Shown: piece by piece, positions 37,463 through 47,461 of the stretch
Layout: the number at the start of each line of letters is the position of its first letter
How positions within the stretch are numbered: position 1 is the first letter of the stretch
DNA from: Minisyncoccia bacterium
GTDB lineage: Bacteria; Patescibacteriota; Minisyncoccia; Moranbacterales; GCA-2747515
Direction: 5' to 3'
DNA: 64,000 nucleotides
Assembly (NCBI GenBank): GCA_041738235.1
Contig: JBGSQF010000013.1
Span: 193,899-257,898 of the forward strand
Position numbers and translations under genes: made by a program
The notes under the pieces: model-generated
Databases searched by the model: none
What the model was told of the DNA's origin: nothing
What the model saw: the letters and a program-made list of their open reading frames with translations, nothing else

Positions 37463-38053
37463 ATGCTTGTTGTTTGCAACACAGAAAACCTAGTTCAAGA
37501 TGTGTCAAGCATTATTACTGCTTTAGCTACAATTGCGGGTGTTTTGCTTGCAATAAAAGGATTTAGCACATGGAAAGATCAATTAAAAGGAAAGACTAAC
37601 TATGAGCTTGCAAGGAGATATTTGAGGGCCGTTTACAAGGTCAGAGATGCAATAAAATTTGTCAGAAATCCTTTTATACCAGTTGAAGAAATGAATGCAA
37701 CACTACAAGAAACCGGAAAAGACCTCGGCAGTAATAACAAAGAAACAAATAGGGCTGTCTATAGTCTTCGATGGAAAAAAGTCAATGAGGCTGAGTCTGA
37801 TTTGAAAGTCGAGCTTTGGGAGGCTGAGGTGTCATGGGGAAAGAAGGCATTGTCAGTTGAAGAAGATTTTCATGATTGTATAGTAAAAATATTTGTTGCT
37901 CTAAAAATGTATCTGGATACTGGAAATGCTTACGAAAGAAAAAAAGAGGATAGAGATTTAATTTATGACATGGGAGAAGATGACAAATTTAATCAAAATG
38001 TAGAGCAGGCCATAAAGAAGATCGAGAATTACCTTGCTCCACACTTAAAATAA
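37463..38053 (+). CDS. Uncharacterised small protein with one N-terminal TM helix (AT-rich cassette gene A)
   Basis: 196 aa with a TM segment SSIITALATIAGVLLAIKGF followed by a charged helical domain. It is markedly AT-rich relative to its flanks. Confidence 0.5.
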   Translation: MLVVCNTENLVQDVSSIITALATIAGVLLAIKGFSTWKDQLKGKTNYELARRYLRAVYKVRDAIKFVRNPFIPVEEMNATLQETGKDLGSNNKETNRAVYSLRWKKVNEAESDLKVELWEAEVSWGKKALSVEEDFHDCIVKIFVALKMYLDTGNAYERKKEDRDLIYDMGEDDKFNQNVEQAIKKIENYLAPHLK

Positions 38054-38055
38054 GC

Positions 38056-38664
38056 ATGTTGCGAAAAACCCTAGTATTTTTACCGATAGTAGTCAGCATC
38101 TTTTTAGCAATCGCCTACTTTCGTTATTTTAATCGAGGAATTGATTTTTGGGATAGTATAATTGGAATATTTTTATCATTGGTCTCCGGTATACCGTTTG
38201 CACTCTGGATTGATGGCCTAATCAAAACTAAAGAAGAAAATGAAAGGATGAGGATGGATCGACTGAGGGAGAAAGATATACTCATGTTCATAAAACAAGA
38301 AATAGATTTTAATTCGAGGTTAATTTTAGATCTTCAAAATAGAGATATTAAAAATGCGAGTTTCCATCCTTTGCAAATAGAGATGTGGGAGGTTTTAAAG
38401 AGTTCAGGTGATTTAAAATTGATTTTAGATACCGAATTACTTAATAGAGTTACCTCTGCATATGATATCATTTCTAAAGTAAAGCACTTTGAAGAAAAAG
38501 CACTGGATAACTGGAATGTCAATAATAACTCGGATAACATAGGGTCAACTTGGCAAGTACAACTAAACCGAGCAAAAAATTTTTACGGTTTATTGGATAA
38601 ATCTATGGGTGAAGCAACTGGATCAATTTCAACAAGAATAAGCGAAATCGATAAAAAATTTTAA
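38056..38664 (+). CDS. Uncharacterised 2-TM membrane protein (AT-rich cassette gene B)
   Basis: 202 aa with two N-terminal TM helices and a soluble ~140-aa C-terminal domain. It is separated from gene A by 2 nt, so the two are probably operonic. Confidence 0.5.
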   Translation: MLRKTLVFLPIVVSIFLAIAYFRYFNRGIDFWDSIIGIFLSLVSGIPFALWIDGLIKTKEENERMRMDRLREKDILMFIKQEIDFNSRLILDLQNRDIKNASFHPLQIEMWEVLKSSGDLKLILDTELLNRVTSAYDIISKVKHFEEKALDNWNVNNNSDNIGSTWQVQLNRAKNFYGLLDKSMGEATGSISTRISEIDKKF

Positions 38665-38720
38665 ACCCCTAACGAGTTTAAATAGGTTCCAACTTTATCC
38701 CACAATCGCAGCACTTTATC

Positions 38721-38748
38721 AACGGCCACCATCGGCCGTTTTATATTT
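38721..38748 (+). terminator. Intrinsic terminator of the AT-rich two-gene cassette
   Basis: AACGGCC-ACCATC-GGCCGTT followed by TTATATTT. Confidence 0.5.
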
Positions 38749-38857
38749 CCATCATCCTAACACCCCCCTACTTGAGAAATAATTTTCGCACCTTTTAGTA
38801 ATATTTAATGAATATCGACATTTTTTTATACCAACATTCAGAGAATACCCTATCTCA

Positions 38858-39985
38858 ATGTATATGGAAAATGACAAAGACCAAATCATTGCCGAGGAGC
38901 TTCTAAGAACAGCCGACATTCGGATCAATGGCGATCGTCCATGGGATATTCGAGTACATGACAAACGTCTCTATGGTCGAGCAATAAGCCAAGGTTCCCT
39001 GGCGTTTGGAGAAGCCTATATGGATGGGTGGTGGGACGTCCCGAAACTCGATGAGTTCTTCGACCGGTTGTTCCGAGCCAAGATCGAAGAAAAGATACCC
39101 GAGAGTTGGCAGACTCTTCTCTGGATCGCCGAACAAAATATATTCAATCCTCAAAGAAGATCCAAAGCCTTTGAGATAGGCAAACACCACTACGATATCG
39201 GAAACGATCTCTACAGTGCGATGCTCGATGCTCGCAAGGTCTACACGTGCGGATATTGGAAAAATGCCTCCACACTTGATGAAGCACAGGAAGCCAAGCT
39301 CGATCTGGTGTGTAAAAAAGTACGACTAGAGCCGGGTCAAAAGATCCTGGATATCGGTTGCGGCTGGGGAAGTTTTGCTAAGTTTGCGGCAGAAAAGTAT
39401 GGCGTACATGTGGTGGGTATCACCGTCTCACAAGAACAGATTAAACTCGGCAAAGAGCTCTGCAGGGGTCTTCCGGTAGAACTCTACTACCAAGACTATC
39501 GAGACATTGAGGGTGAGTTCGATCACATCGTTTCACTGGGAATGTTCGAACACGTGGGACACAAGAACTACCGAACGTATATGCAGGTGGTCCGAAAACA
39601 CCTCAAAGACGACGGTCTTTTTCTTTTGCACACTATCGGGCAAGACTACTCAACGACATCGGGCGACCCGTGGATAGAAAAATACATCTTCCCCAATTCT
39701 ATGCTCCCCTCAGTAAACCAGATCGCTGAAAACATAGAGGGGTCATTTGTTCTCGAAGATTGGCATAACTTTGGTGCGGATTACGACAAGACCCTGATGA
39801 GTTGGTTTGATAACTTCAACACACATTGGAACAAACTCAAAAACGCCTACGACGATCGCTTCTATCGTATGTGGAAATATTTTCTTCTGGTATCTGCAGG
39901 AACATTTCGATCCCGCAGGCAAAGTCTCTGGCAGATCGTTCTCTCCAAAGAAGGTGTGCCCGGGGGATATGTATCGATCCGATAG
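38858..39985 (+). CDS. cfa: Cyclopropane-fatty-acyl-phospholipid synthase family SAM-dependent methyltransferase
   Basis: CFA-synthase N-terminal region, SAM motif ILDIGCGWG and C-terminal conserved region (…YMQVVRKHLKDDGLFLLHTIG…). Confidence 0.85.
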   Translation: MYMENDKDQIIAEELLRTADIRINGDRPWDIRVHDKRLYGRAISQGSLAFGEAYMDGWWDVPKLDEFFDRLFRAKIEEKIPESWQTLLWIAEQNIFNPQRRSKAFEIGKHHYDIGNDLYSAMLDARKVYTCGYWKNASTLDEAQEAKLDLVCKKVRLEPGQKILDIGCGWGSFAKFAAEKYGVHVVGITVSQEQIKLGKELCRGLPVELYYQDYRDIEGEFDHIVSLGMFEHVGHKNYRTYMQVVRKHLKDDGLFLLHTIGQDYSTTSGDPWIEKYIFPNSMLPSVNQIAENIEGSFVLEDWHNFGADYDKTLMSWFDNFNTHWNKLKNAYDDRFYRMWKYFLLVSAGTFRSRRQSLWQIVLSKEGVPGGYVSIR

Positions 39986-39993
39986 ACACGCCC

Positions 39994-40188
39994 TTAGCTC
40001 GTTCTCGTCGAGTGACTGGACCGTGGCGGCAATTGACTCACCTGCCCCACCGCATGATTTCCAGAAGAAGCAGTCTGTGCGGATGCGGCCACTGCTCCAG
40101 CATCCACCCCCTTCTTACCCCAAACCAGAAAATATATGCCGAAAGAAAAAACGGCTATACCCGCGATGATAAACAAAAATTTTTTCAT
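39994..40188 (-). CDS. Possible small membrane protein
   Basis: 64-aa ORF with an N-terminal TM helix MKKFLFIIAGIAVFSFGIYFLVWG. It overlaps a plus-strand ORF of similar size, so coding status is uncertain. Confidence 0.3.
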   Translation of the reverse strand: MKKFLFIIAGIAVFSFGIYFLVWGKKGVDAGAVAASAQTASSGNHAVGQVSQLPPRSSHSTRTS

Positions 40189-40267
40189 ACGATATTCTAA
40201 ATTATATATCTGATCAACTTCCTACATATACGCGGAAAAAATAATTCTCTTTCAAAGTTTTGCAATA

Positions 40268-40310
40268 TACAAAAAGGACCCCTTGACGGCGGTCCTTTTT
40301 GTTTTTGCCT
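40268..40310. terminator. Hairpin AAAGGACC…GGTCCTTT with T-runs on both strands
   Basis: Located 3' of the thioredoxin-fold gene (minus strand) and of the small ORF at 39994..40188. Confidence 0.5.
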
Positions 40311-40317
40311 ATATACC

Positions 40318-41394
40318 TTACTGACAAGATGCGGCTGAGGCTACGCTCCCTGAAGCCGCCTCTGTTCCATCTCCAAATCCTGGGCTTGGAACTGCCGATG
40401 ACAACGTTGCTGAACACTCTTTTGGAGGATTCGTAAATCCAGAACAAACGGTCTTTAAGATACTTGCGCTATCACGTCCCGATTCAACCAGTTGTCCGTT
40501 AATGACCAAGCTTGGTGAACCCTGTACACCATACTTCTCGTTCAGATCTTTCTGGATATTGAAAGGTGGGTATGACCCATCCTGCGCCTTCGCATTAAAG
40601 GCTTCGGTAAGACCAAATTGCTTATCAGTAGCAGAGATACATGCTGCAATTTTAGCAGTGTTTATCTTACTACTTGCGGCACATTTTACAGAATCGCTCT
40701 CTTTGTCAAAACATGCCAAATATCCAAGATATTTTGTTGGCTCCTCTTTTTGGATACAATACTGATTCATATTCTCCTTGAATTCATTCTCTCCATGCAT
40801 CACGTATGAAACGAATTTGATGTCAAACTTGATCTTTGACCCGAGGGCTTGTACAACAGGGATCATCCCCTTCTCCATCTGCGTACCGTATGGACAGTAA
40901 CTCATCACGAAGAGTTCCACCACAGGAACATCCGTCTTCTGGGTGACCTCTGTGACCGGTGCTGGACCAGTCGGTGCTTGAGCAGCGGCGTCATCCCGCT
41001 TTACCAGGTCGATCGCCTGTGGAAAGAGCTTTTTTCCATCCTTGGTCACGTAAGCGTCCACCTTTTGTTGTGCCACTGAAATGCTCATTTTGTATATACC
41101 ATCCTCTTCCGTAAAGCTATCTATCTTAAAATCAGTGCCTGGAGCTACCAAATTCTCTTTGATGAATTGTTCTGTGCTGGCCTTTACCGCCTCAGCATTC
41201 TTTTGATCTGTATTTTTTTGGTAAAAGTAAGCACCGACTCCAACAACCGCAGCCAAGAGGACTATCGCTATTCCAACAATGATACCCTCTTTATGTTTCT
41301 TCATAAACGCTTTGCATGTTGCCATTTTCTTCTTCTGGGAAACTTCTTGTGTTGAAACCCCCTCCTTTGGACTCTCTGCTTTTTGTTCCTCCAT
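40318..41394 (-). CDS. Membrane-anchored thioredoxin-fold (DsbA-like) protein with an atypical CPYG motif
   Basis: An N-terminal TM helix is followed by VELFVMSYCPYGTQ, placed as in DsbA/BdbD CxxC sites. The C-terminus is Cys-rich. Confidence 0.45.
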   Translation of the reverse strand: MEEQKAESPKEGVSTQEVSQKKKMATCKAFMKKHKEGIIVGIAIVLLAAVVGVGAYFYQKNTDQKNAEAVKASTEQFIKENLVAPGTDFKIDSFTEEDGIYKMSISVAQQKVDAYVTKDGKKLFPQAIDLVKRDDAAAQAPTGPAPVTEVTQKTDVPVVELFVMSYCPYGTQMEKGMIPVVQALGSKIKFDIKFVSYVMHGENEFKENMNQYCIQKEEPTKYLGYLACFDKESDSVKCAASSKINTAKIAACISATDKQFGLTEAFNAKAQDGSYPPFNIQKDLNEKYGVQGSPSLVINGQLVESGRDSASILKTVCSGFTNPPKECSATLSSAVPSPGFGDGTEAASGSVASAASCQ

Positions 41395-41477
41395 ACTTTT
41401 TTATAACTTGTTATTTATGAACCGCGTTCGTACAGCATATCATATTTAGAAAAAAGAACAATCTCCAGCTCAACGAT

Positions 41478-42749
41478 CTAAGGCCCATGAGATATGGCCG
41501 TTCCAGCCACAAATCCCGTTGTCCAACAAAGTTGTAAGCTATATCCACCCGATGGCCGATCAATATCCAAAACATCTCCCACTATATAAAGATTGGGATA
41601 AAGACGTGACCGCATATATTTGAAGTCCACTTCTTTGAGATCAACACCTCCACTCGTTACGATCGCTCTTTCTTCACCCAAGAGATCAATTATGCTCACG
41701 CGAAGGTCTTTACATATCCGAACAAGTTCCGCACGTTCCTTTCGAGTGACCGTAGATGAAACCTTATCAGGATGAATACCTGCAAGCTCCAAAAAGGTAG
41801 AAGCGCAAATGGGTGGAACAAATCCACTCAGTGCATTTTTCATCTGCTTGTTCTTTTGTTCATTCAGATGTGCCAGAAACTCCCTATCCAACTCCTCATA
41901 ATTCAAATGAGGAAATAGATCGATGGAAAGAGGTACTTCTCCTTCGTGGAGAAGTTCTCCGATACGTCGGCTTCTATTAAGTGCTAGCGGACCACTGAGC
42001 CCAAAATGCGTAAACAAAAGTTTTCCCTTTTTAGGCTCCTTCTTCTTGCCTTCCCGAATGACCGACAGCGTTGCCTCCGAAAAACTCGCCCCGGACATTC
42101 GGCCTATCCACTTTTCTTTGACACGTAGTGGCACCAAAGCCGGGCGTGCCATCTCTACCAAGTGTCCAATGCTCCTCAGCCACTTAAATCCATCTCCCGT
42201 CGACCCCGTTTCTGGATGAGACTTCCCGCCCGTTGCCAGAATGTAAGCATCTGCCGAGATCACTTCTCCATTTTTCCGACGAACACCTGTAATAACGCCA
42301 TTCTTTGCTTCCAATCCCATAACCTCTGCGTGAAATACTATATCCACTCTGCCCTTCTCCATATACCGTCCAAGAGCATCCCAAATAGATTGCGCATTAT
42401 CACTTGCAGGGAACACCCTCTTTTCCGCCTCCACCTTTATCGGAACATTCCATTTCTCAAAAAAGTCCAGTGTATCCTGAACACCAAATTGTGCCATTGG
42501 AGAAAAAAGGAACTTTTTAGCATCACCAAATTTGCCCAAGAATATATCCACATCAAACTCAGCATTGGTCACATTGCATCGCCCTCCTCCCGTCAAGAGA
42601 AGCTTCTTGCCTAAGGACTCATTTTTCTCCAACAGCAAAACACGTGCACCCAGTTCAGCTGCCCGCCCTGCCGACATCATTCCTGCCGGCCCACCCCCTA
42701 TAACCACAACATCGTATTTGGTCATTTGAATAAACTCATCACGTATCAA
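41478..42749 (-). CDS. HI0933/BaiN-family FAD-dependent oxidoreductase
   Basis: YDVVVIGGGPAGMMSAGRAAELGARVLLLEK FAD-binding motif and the diagnostic TGGGRCNVTN. Confidence 0.85.
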   Translation of the reverse strand: MIRDEFIQMTKYDVVVIGGGPAGMMSAGRAAELGARVLLLEKNESLGKKLLLTGGGRCNVTNAEFDVDIFLGKFGDAKKFLFSPMAQFGVQDTLDFFEKWNVPIKVEAEKRVFPASDNAQSIWDALGRYMEKGRVDIVFHAEVMGLEAKNGVITGVRRKNGEVISADAYILATGGKSHPETGSTGDGFKWLRSIGHLVEMARPALVPLRVKEKWIGRMSGASFSEATLSVIREGKKKEPKKGKLLFTHFGLSGPLALNRSRRIGELLHEGEVPLSIDLFPHLNYEELDREFLAHLNEQKNKQMKNALSGFVPPICASTFLELAGIHPDKVSSTVTRKERAELVRICKDLRVSIIDLLGEERAIVTSGGVDLKEVDFKYMRSRLYPNLYIVGDVLDIDRPSGGYSLQLCWTTGFVAGTAISHGP

Positions 42750-42780
42750 TACTTGTTATCATAAGTGCCTATAGATAAAA

Positions 42781-43356
42781 TTGCAAACCAAGAACATTTC
42801 CAGTACCATGGAGCTATGTTCTCTTACTACAACACTCGTTATGGCCACATATTCGCCAACCACAAAAGATGACCAATGCGTTTTTTGCAAGATCGTTTCC
42901 GGAGAATTTCAAACACCGGGGATATTCTGGAAAGATGACGCCTTTATGGCATTTCTCTCCATAGATCCGAATACTGAAGGATTTTCCGTCGTTGTCCCTA
43001 AAGATCACTACGGCTCCGATGTGCTCAAAATGCCTGATGATGCACTCCAAAAGTTTGTCCTTGCTGCAAAAAAGGTGGCCGAGATCCTTGAAAAACATTT
43101 TTCTAACGTAGGACGCGTAGGTCTTATTATGGAGGGAACCGGGATCGATCATGCCCACATCAAGCTCGCTCCAATGCACAAAACAGAACACCTCAAAGGT
43201 GGAAAGTGGAAACAAGCCATGAGCACGAAAGAGCTCTGGTTTGATCATTATGAAGGATGGATCGCTTCCGCCGGAGGCCCCATGGCCGATCCAGAAGAAC
43301 TGAAGCAACTCGCACAAAAGTTAAAAAAACAAAACACACAAATGCAAACACCATGA
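42781..43356 (+). CDS. HIT-family (histidine triad) hydrolase
   Basis: CVFCKI near the N-terminus and a histidine triad within GIDHAHIKL. The start may instead be the internal Met MATYSP. Confidence 0.75.
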   Translation: MQTKNISSTMELCSLTTTLVMATYSPTTKDDQCVFCKIVSGEFQTPGIFWKDDAFMAFLSIDPNTEGFSVVVPKDHYGSDVLKMPDDALQKFVLAAKKVAEILEKHFSNVGRVGLIMEGTGIDHAHIKLAPMHKTEHLKGGKWKQAMSTKELWFDHYEGWIASAGGPMADPEELKQLAQKLKKQNTQMQTP

Positions 43357-44231
43357 AAAAAGATGCTCGTTTCTATATGAATGCCGTCCGGTCGATCGCT
43401 ACAGAAACACTCTCGGACAAAAACTATACCAAGAAAGACATCGGTGGTCATATCAAAGACCTGGTAAGTCTCGACCAGAATCCGCAAAGAAAAGCCATTG
43501 CCTTCTTTTCTGTTCTCAGACATTTTATTCCTGATGAGCTTTTCCATAGGATCACAAATGGTCATTTTCAACACCAAGGAGATACCCAACTTTCTATCGA
43601 TCCAGACCTCTACTCTCTCCAAGAAGAAAGAGTTGGGGAGGGAGAACAGTGCCATGTATACAAACTCCTTTCACAAGATCCTGAAAGACCCTCACTCGTA
43701 GCAAAGTTTGAAAAAAAATGGGGAAACCTTCAATTCCTCCTTGATCGTGCAAAGAAGGTAAGATCAGAGTATGAAGAGATACGGTCTTGGTTTGAGGACA
43801 TTCCAGACTTTATCCCAGAAGAGTTCCGTTTTATTGGCAAAACTCCTTTTGGAGGAAGAAAGGGCGTGATCGTCATCCAAAAATTCTTCGGAGACTCTAC
43901 AAAAATAAAAGATCTTTTCCGTAGCGTGGATAAAGGATCATTGTTACAAACACTTCAAAACAATCCCTCTTTAGAAAAGACTTTTCGTGCGTTTGTTCAA
44001 GATACCCTCTCTCAATTAGACAAGGACGGGAGAATGATCGATATCCTTGGAAAAGATAACGTTGCCCTCATAGAAGACACTGACGGGCCACACCTCATTC
44101 TTCTCGACCCCCATGTCATTCACAACATAAACAAAGTTCCCAAGGAAATTCAAAAAGAGTTATTGGGCCATATTACCTATCTTCAAGAAATAGTAGAAGC
44201 TCTAGACACCAATAAAGACACGCGCCTATAA
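43353..44231 (+). CDS. Hypothetical protein
   Basis: Start taken at ATG 43353 (MKKDARFYMN) to avoid a 100-nt overlap with the HIT gene; 292 aa with no clear motif. Confidence 0.45.
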   Translation: MKKDARFYMNAVRSIATETLSDKNYTKKDIGGHIKDLVSLDQNPQRKAIAFFSVLRHFIPDELFHRITNGHFQHQGDTQLSIDPDLYSLQEERVGEGEQCHVYKLLSQDPERPSLVAKFEKKWGNLQFLLDRAKKVRSEYEEIRSWFEDIPDFIPEEFRFIGKTPFGGRKGVIVIQKFFGDSTKIKDLFRSVDKGSLLQTLQNNPSLEKTFRAFVQDTLSQLDKDGRMIDILGKDNVALIEDTDGPHLILLDPHVIHNINKVPKEIQKELLGHITYLQEIVEALDTNKDTRL

Positions 44232-44234
44232 AAA

Positions 44235-45113
44235 CTACTCAGAAAGAGGTCTGATCTGAGACAAGAGGAATGTATACGCTCCATCGATCTCCATTGACTT
44301 TGAGGTAAGCCCAGGCAAGCGATTGACCTCCATGAGATACGGAATGTTGGTGTCTTTATCCACAATAACATCTGACCGTGACCAAGAAAGTTTCAATGCC
44401 CTACTGCTCCGCACGGCCATTTCTCTTATCTGCGTTGGTATATCGTCAGGAGAATCGACAAATACCTCTTGAGCGCCATTACAGGTATTATTTCTGAACT
44501 CTCCCATCTGAGGATAACTCTTCTCTCCAGAAACCACCTTATCGTTGACGACCATCACTCCCCAATCATACTCATTGGGGATATACCTCTGAAAAAGATA
44601 CTTTTTATGCTTGGGAAGACTTGCTAACGCTTCAACCAAGTCCTCTTCTGTGTCCACCAATACAGATCGTGCCCCCTTTGAGCCCTTGGTATCTTTGACG
44701 ATCAGAGGATACCCACAAACTTCTCTGATCTGTTCAAGGTGTTTTTCTACTTGTTTGTAGTCGATAAAAAGTGTATCCGGGGTTCGAACACCCTGAAGCG
44801 CGAACAATAAATGATCTGTTATCTTTGAAGTGCCCTTTTCTACATAGGTACAATGGACATTATTCCATTCCAAATAGAGTTTTACGGCATATGCCAAGTC
44901 CCGAGACGTCCACGATGAAGAAAGCCACACAAAAGAAAAGTCCCTAAGGTCAACACCCCTGTGGGTGATATGAACACCCTCCTCTCGAAATTCAAATACT
45001 AGATCGGTATACTTCCCCTTCGTTAACTGAACGGGAAATGGTAATTTACTCGTTACCTGCTCTATGTTCTTTACCGCAGGTAGCACTAAAATGCGAAATT
45101 CTTTTTTATTCAT
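44235..45113 (-). CDS. ATP-grasp domain protein (RimK/GshB-like ligase)
   Basis: PLIVKDTKGSKGARSVLV and LMEVNRLPGL match ATP-grasp B- and C-subdomain motifs. Confidence 0.7.
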   Translation of the reverse strand: MNKKEFRILVLPAVKNIEQVTSKLPFPVQLTKGKYTDLVFEFREEGVHITHRGVDLRDFSFVWLSSSWTSRDLAYAVKLYLEWNNVHCTYVEKGTSKITDHLLFALQGVRTPDTLFIDYKQVEKHLEQIREVCGYPLIVKDTKGSKGARSVLVDTEEDLVEALASLPKHKKYLFQRYIPNEYDWGVMVVNDKVVSGEKSYPQMGEFRNNTCNGAQEVFVDSPDDIPTQIREMAVRSSRALKLSWSRSDVIVDKDTNIPYLMEVNRLPGLTSKSMEIDGAYTFLLSQIRPLSE

Positions 45114-45301
45114 AAGAGGTCCTTTTAAAAATAAAAACGGCCTTCAGAGGGCCCTTCATTGCCTATAACATCCGTGACACTCTCGCAACCCGAATACCGA
45201 CACGAACCCTCTACAACAAAAGACTACTCTTCTAATATACAACAAATTTGATACTTTGTAAAGCCCTTATATCATTCTTTATTCGTTCCGCCGTAGTTCC
45301 G

Positions 45302-46243
45302 TCACTTCTTAAGATACTCCTGCACTGCCTCCTCCCAAGATCTGAGAGGTTCTGTTCGGGTAGAAATAAGTACGGACTGAGACGGACGTTTGGCGGGTCG
45401 GGGAAATATCTCAGGGGAAACCGGCTCCACCGTCGCTTCGATCCCCGCGATCTCAAAAAGTTTTTTGGTCGCTTCGTACCAGGTAACAGCACCGGTGTTC
45501 ACCACGTGGTAAATACCAAAAGGAGCTGTTTCTACCAGTTCTCTGGTTTTCTTGGCCAGGTCTGGTGCATACGTAAAACAACTCTTTTCACCGTCTACAA
45601 CTTTTACCACACCCTCTGTACGAGCTTTTTCTGCGATCACATCAAAAAAACTCCGCTTTGCTCCCTCCGCTAGAGCTGGTTTCCCAAACAACTTGGAAAG
45701 TCGGATGATGTAGTGGCTTTGACACTGCTTTTCTACTTCTTGTTCACCACACAACTTTGTCTTCCCATACACCGAAAGCGGTTTGGGCATATCATATTCA
45801 CGATATCCATCAAACTCCCCACTCGGATCAAGATACGAGCATCCGGAGCAACTTGATCCACAGCATCCGGGAGCGCGACGTCCCTGTTCTCGATACTTCG
45901 GCTGCTCCCCATCAAACACGTAATCGGTCGAATAATGTACGATAGTTGATTGTAGATCATTAGCAATATCGGCAAGAAGTCCCGGAGCCACCCCATTCAG
46001 CGCCTCAGCTTTTTTCTTCTCCATTTCATCTGTTTCACAAAGGTCAACTGCATTGTAAGCGGCAGCGTTAATGATTACATCAGGCCAAAGGTCCATGACC
46101 TTCTCACGGGTCTCCTTCGCATTCGTCACATCGATATCCTCTCGATCCCATGCGGTTACAGAATACTCCCCACCCTCAGAAAAGACTCTTACCAACTCTT
46201 GCCCCAACATTCCTTTAGCACCAATGATCAGTACTGATTTCAT
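45302..46243 (-). CDS. rfbD: dTDP-4-dehydrorhamnose reductase with a Cys-rich insertion
   Basis: N-terminal ILIIGAKGMLGQEL Rossmann motif and the RmlD YxxxK region. An unusual insert GCCGSSCSGCSYLDPSGEFDGYREY is present. Confidence 0.75.
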   Translation of the reverse strand: MKSVLIIGAKGMLGQELVRVFSEGGEYSVTAWDREDIDVTNAKETREKVMDLWPDVIINAAAYNAVDLCETDEMEKKKAEALNGVAPGLLADIANDLQSTIVHYSTDYVFDGEQPKYREQGRRAPGCCGSSCSGCSYLDPSGEFDGYREYDMPKPLSVYGKTKLCGEQEVEKQCQSHYIIRLSKLFGKPALAEGAKRSFFDVIAEKARTEGVVKVVDGEKSCFTYAPDLAKKTRELVETAPFGIYHVVNTGAVTWYEATKKLFEIAGIEATVEPVSPEIFPRPAKRPSQSVLISTRTEPLRSWEEAVQEYLKK

Positions 46244-46716
46244 ATCACCATTGCTTTACGAATTATAGCCACGCTATCCACAGAATTATGAAATTTTATT
46301 TTCTCTATCCGATCGATCGAAACCCATTCTGCCTTCCTCGCATACCCTTTCTCGTACTCATCAAAACCATCCGTAGAGAGGTCTCCACTTTTATAAGAAC
46401 AAGTATAATACAAGAGAATGGTATTAAACGCTTTTTCGTGAGGAATTGCATAGTAAAAATCTTGACCACAATATACCAGATCTTTCATTAAAACATGAAA
46501 TCCTGTTTCTTCATGAAATTCCCGAATAAGCGTCTGCTCAATCGTTTCCCCTATCTCCATCCCACCCCCGGGAAAGTCATAGCCATCCCGTTGTGGAGAA
46601 AGGAGAATTTCACCATCACGAAAAAGTAACCCATACACAGAAGGTCGGAAGGTTATCTCATTTTCTGAAACTTCATGCATTTCTTCATTCCAATCCCGAC
46701 AAGAGATCATATTCAT
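46240..46716 (-). CDS. NUDIX hydrolase
   Basis: Nudix box GGGMEIGETIEQTLIREFHEETG. Confidence 0.9.
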   Translation of the reverse strand: MNMISCRDWNEEMHEVSENEITFRPSVYGLLFRDGEILLSPQRDGYDFPGGGMEIGETIEQTLIREFHEETGFHVLMKDLVYCGQDFYYAIPHEKAFNTILLYYTCSYKSGDLSTDGFDEYEKGYARKAEWVSIDRIEKIKFHNSVDSVAIIRKAMVI

Positions 46717-46733
46717 ACATAACCAAAAATCAT

Positions 46734-47417
46734 TTATCCAAATGTTCCTACGCGTATATCAGGGAATCCACCCCTACTTATATAATGCACCGTAAGATCA
46801 GGATCACCAACAAAGAAATCCGACTTATAGATCAACACGCCACCACGGGGCGAGATCACTCTCTTGATCTCTCGAGATATCTCCTCACGCATGGATACAC
46901 TCGGAAGAACCGAGACATTCATATTGGATAGAAGCACCGACACATCACTCTTATCGGGAATCCTCCTGAGAAAGGTCAGGGCATCCTCAGCAACCAAAGC
47001 TATAGGAATATTCCTATTGTGAGTACCTGCTGACTGTCTTGCCCGAAGAAAGTCGTATAACTCAACACCAACATATCCTTTAGCGTGGAACATCTCCGCA
47101 ATATCAGCCCCATAAAAATTTCCACCACTTCCAATATCTACGAGTACCTGCCCACGGAATATCTCTTTCAATTCAGCAATACCGTCCTTATCAATAGCTC
47201 CCAGATCACGTTTAAAAGTATCGTTCTTGCAGTAAAGCGGTGTCCCAATATTCTTGTTTACCTTTGGAGGATCAGTTAGTAATTCCTTGTCGGAAAGATA
47301 AGAGAGATCTCGAATTCTCGATCGGTCCATTTCTTCATCAAGTCCCGGTATACACCGTTCTGCAGGGACAAGTTTAAAACTTTCTTTCCTTTCCACCCCA
47401 GGAAATTCTATATTCAT
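46734..47417 (-). CDS. Hypothetical protein (possible Rossmann-like fold)
   Basis: 227 aa; VLVDIGSGGNFYG is weakly reminiscent of a nucleotide-binding glycine loop. Confidence 0.4.
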   Translation of the reverse strand: MNIEFPGVERKESFKLVPAERCIPGLDEEMDRSRIRDLSYLSDKELLTDPPKVNKNIGTPLYCKNDTFKRDLGAIDKDGIAELKEIFRGQVLVDIGSGGNFYGADIAEMFHAKGYVGVELYDFLRARQSAGTHNRNIPIALVAEDALTFLRRIPDKSDVSVLLSNMNVSVLPSVSMREEISREIKRVISPRGGVLIYKSDFFVGDPDLTVHYISRGGFPDIRVGTFG

Positions 47418-47461
47418 ATATGTTCTTCATCATGTCTCTACGGGCCAACGAACTCTTTTTG

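Noticed and set aside
39826-40200. 124-aa plus-strand ORF overlapping the cfa 3' end and the 64-aa minus-strand ORF
   Set aside because: It has no motifs and overlaps a well-supported gene. The minus-strand 64-aa ORF at least has a TM helix, and it is itself kept only at low confidence.
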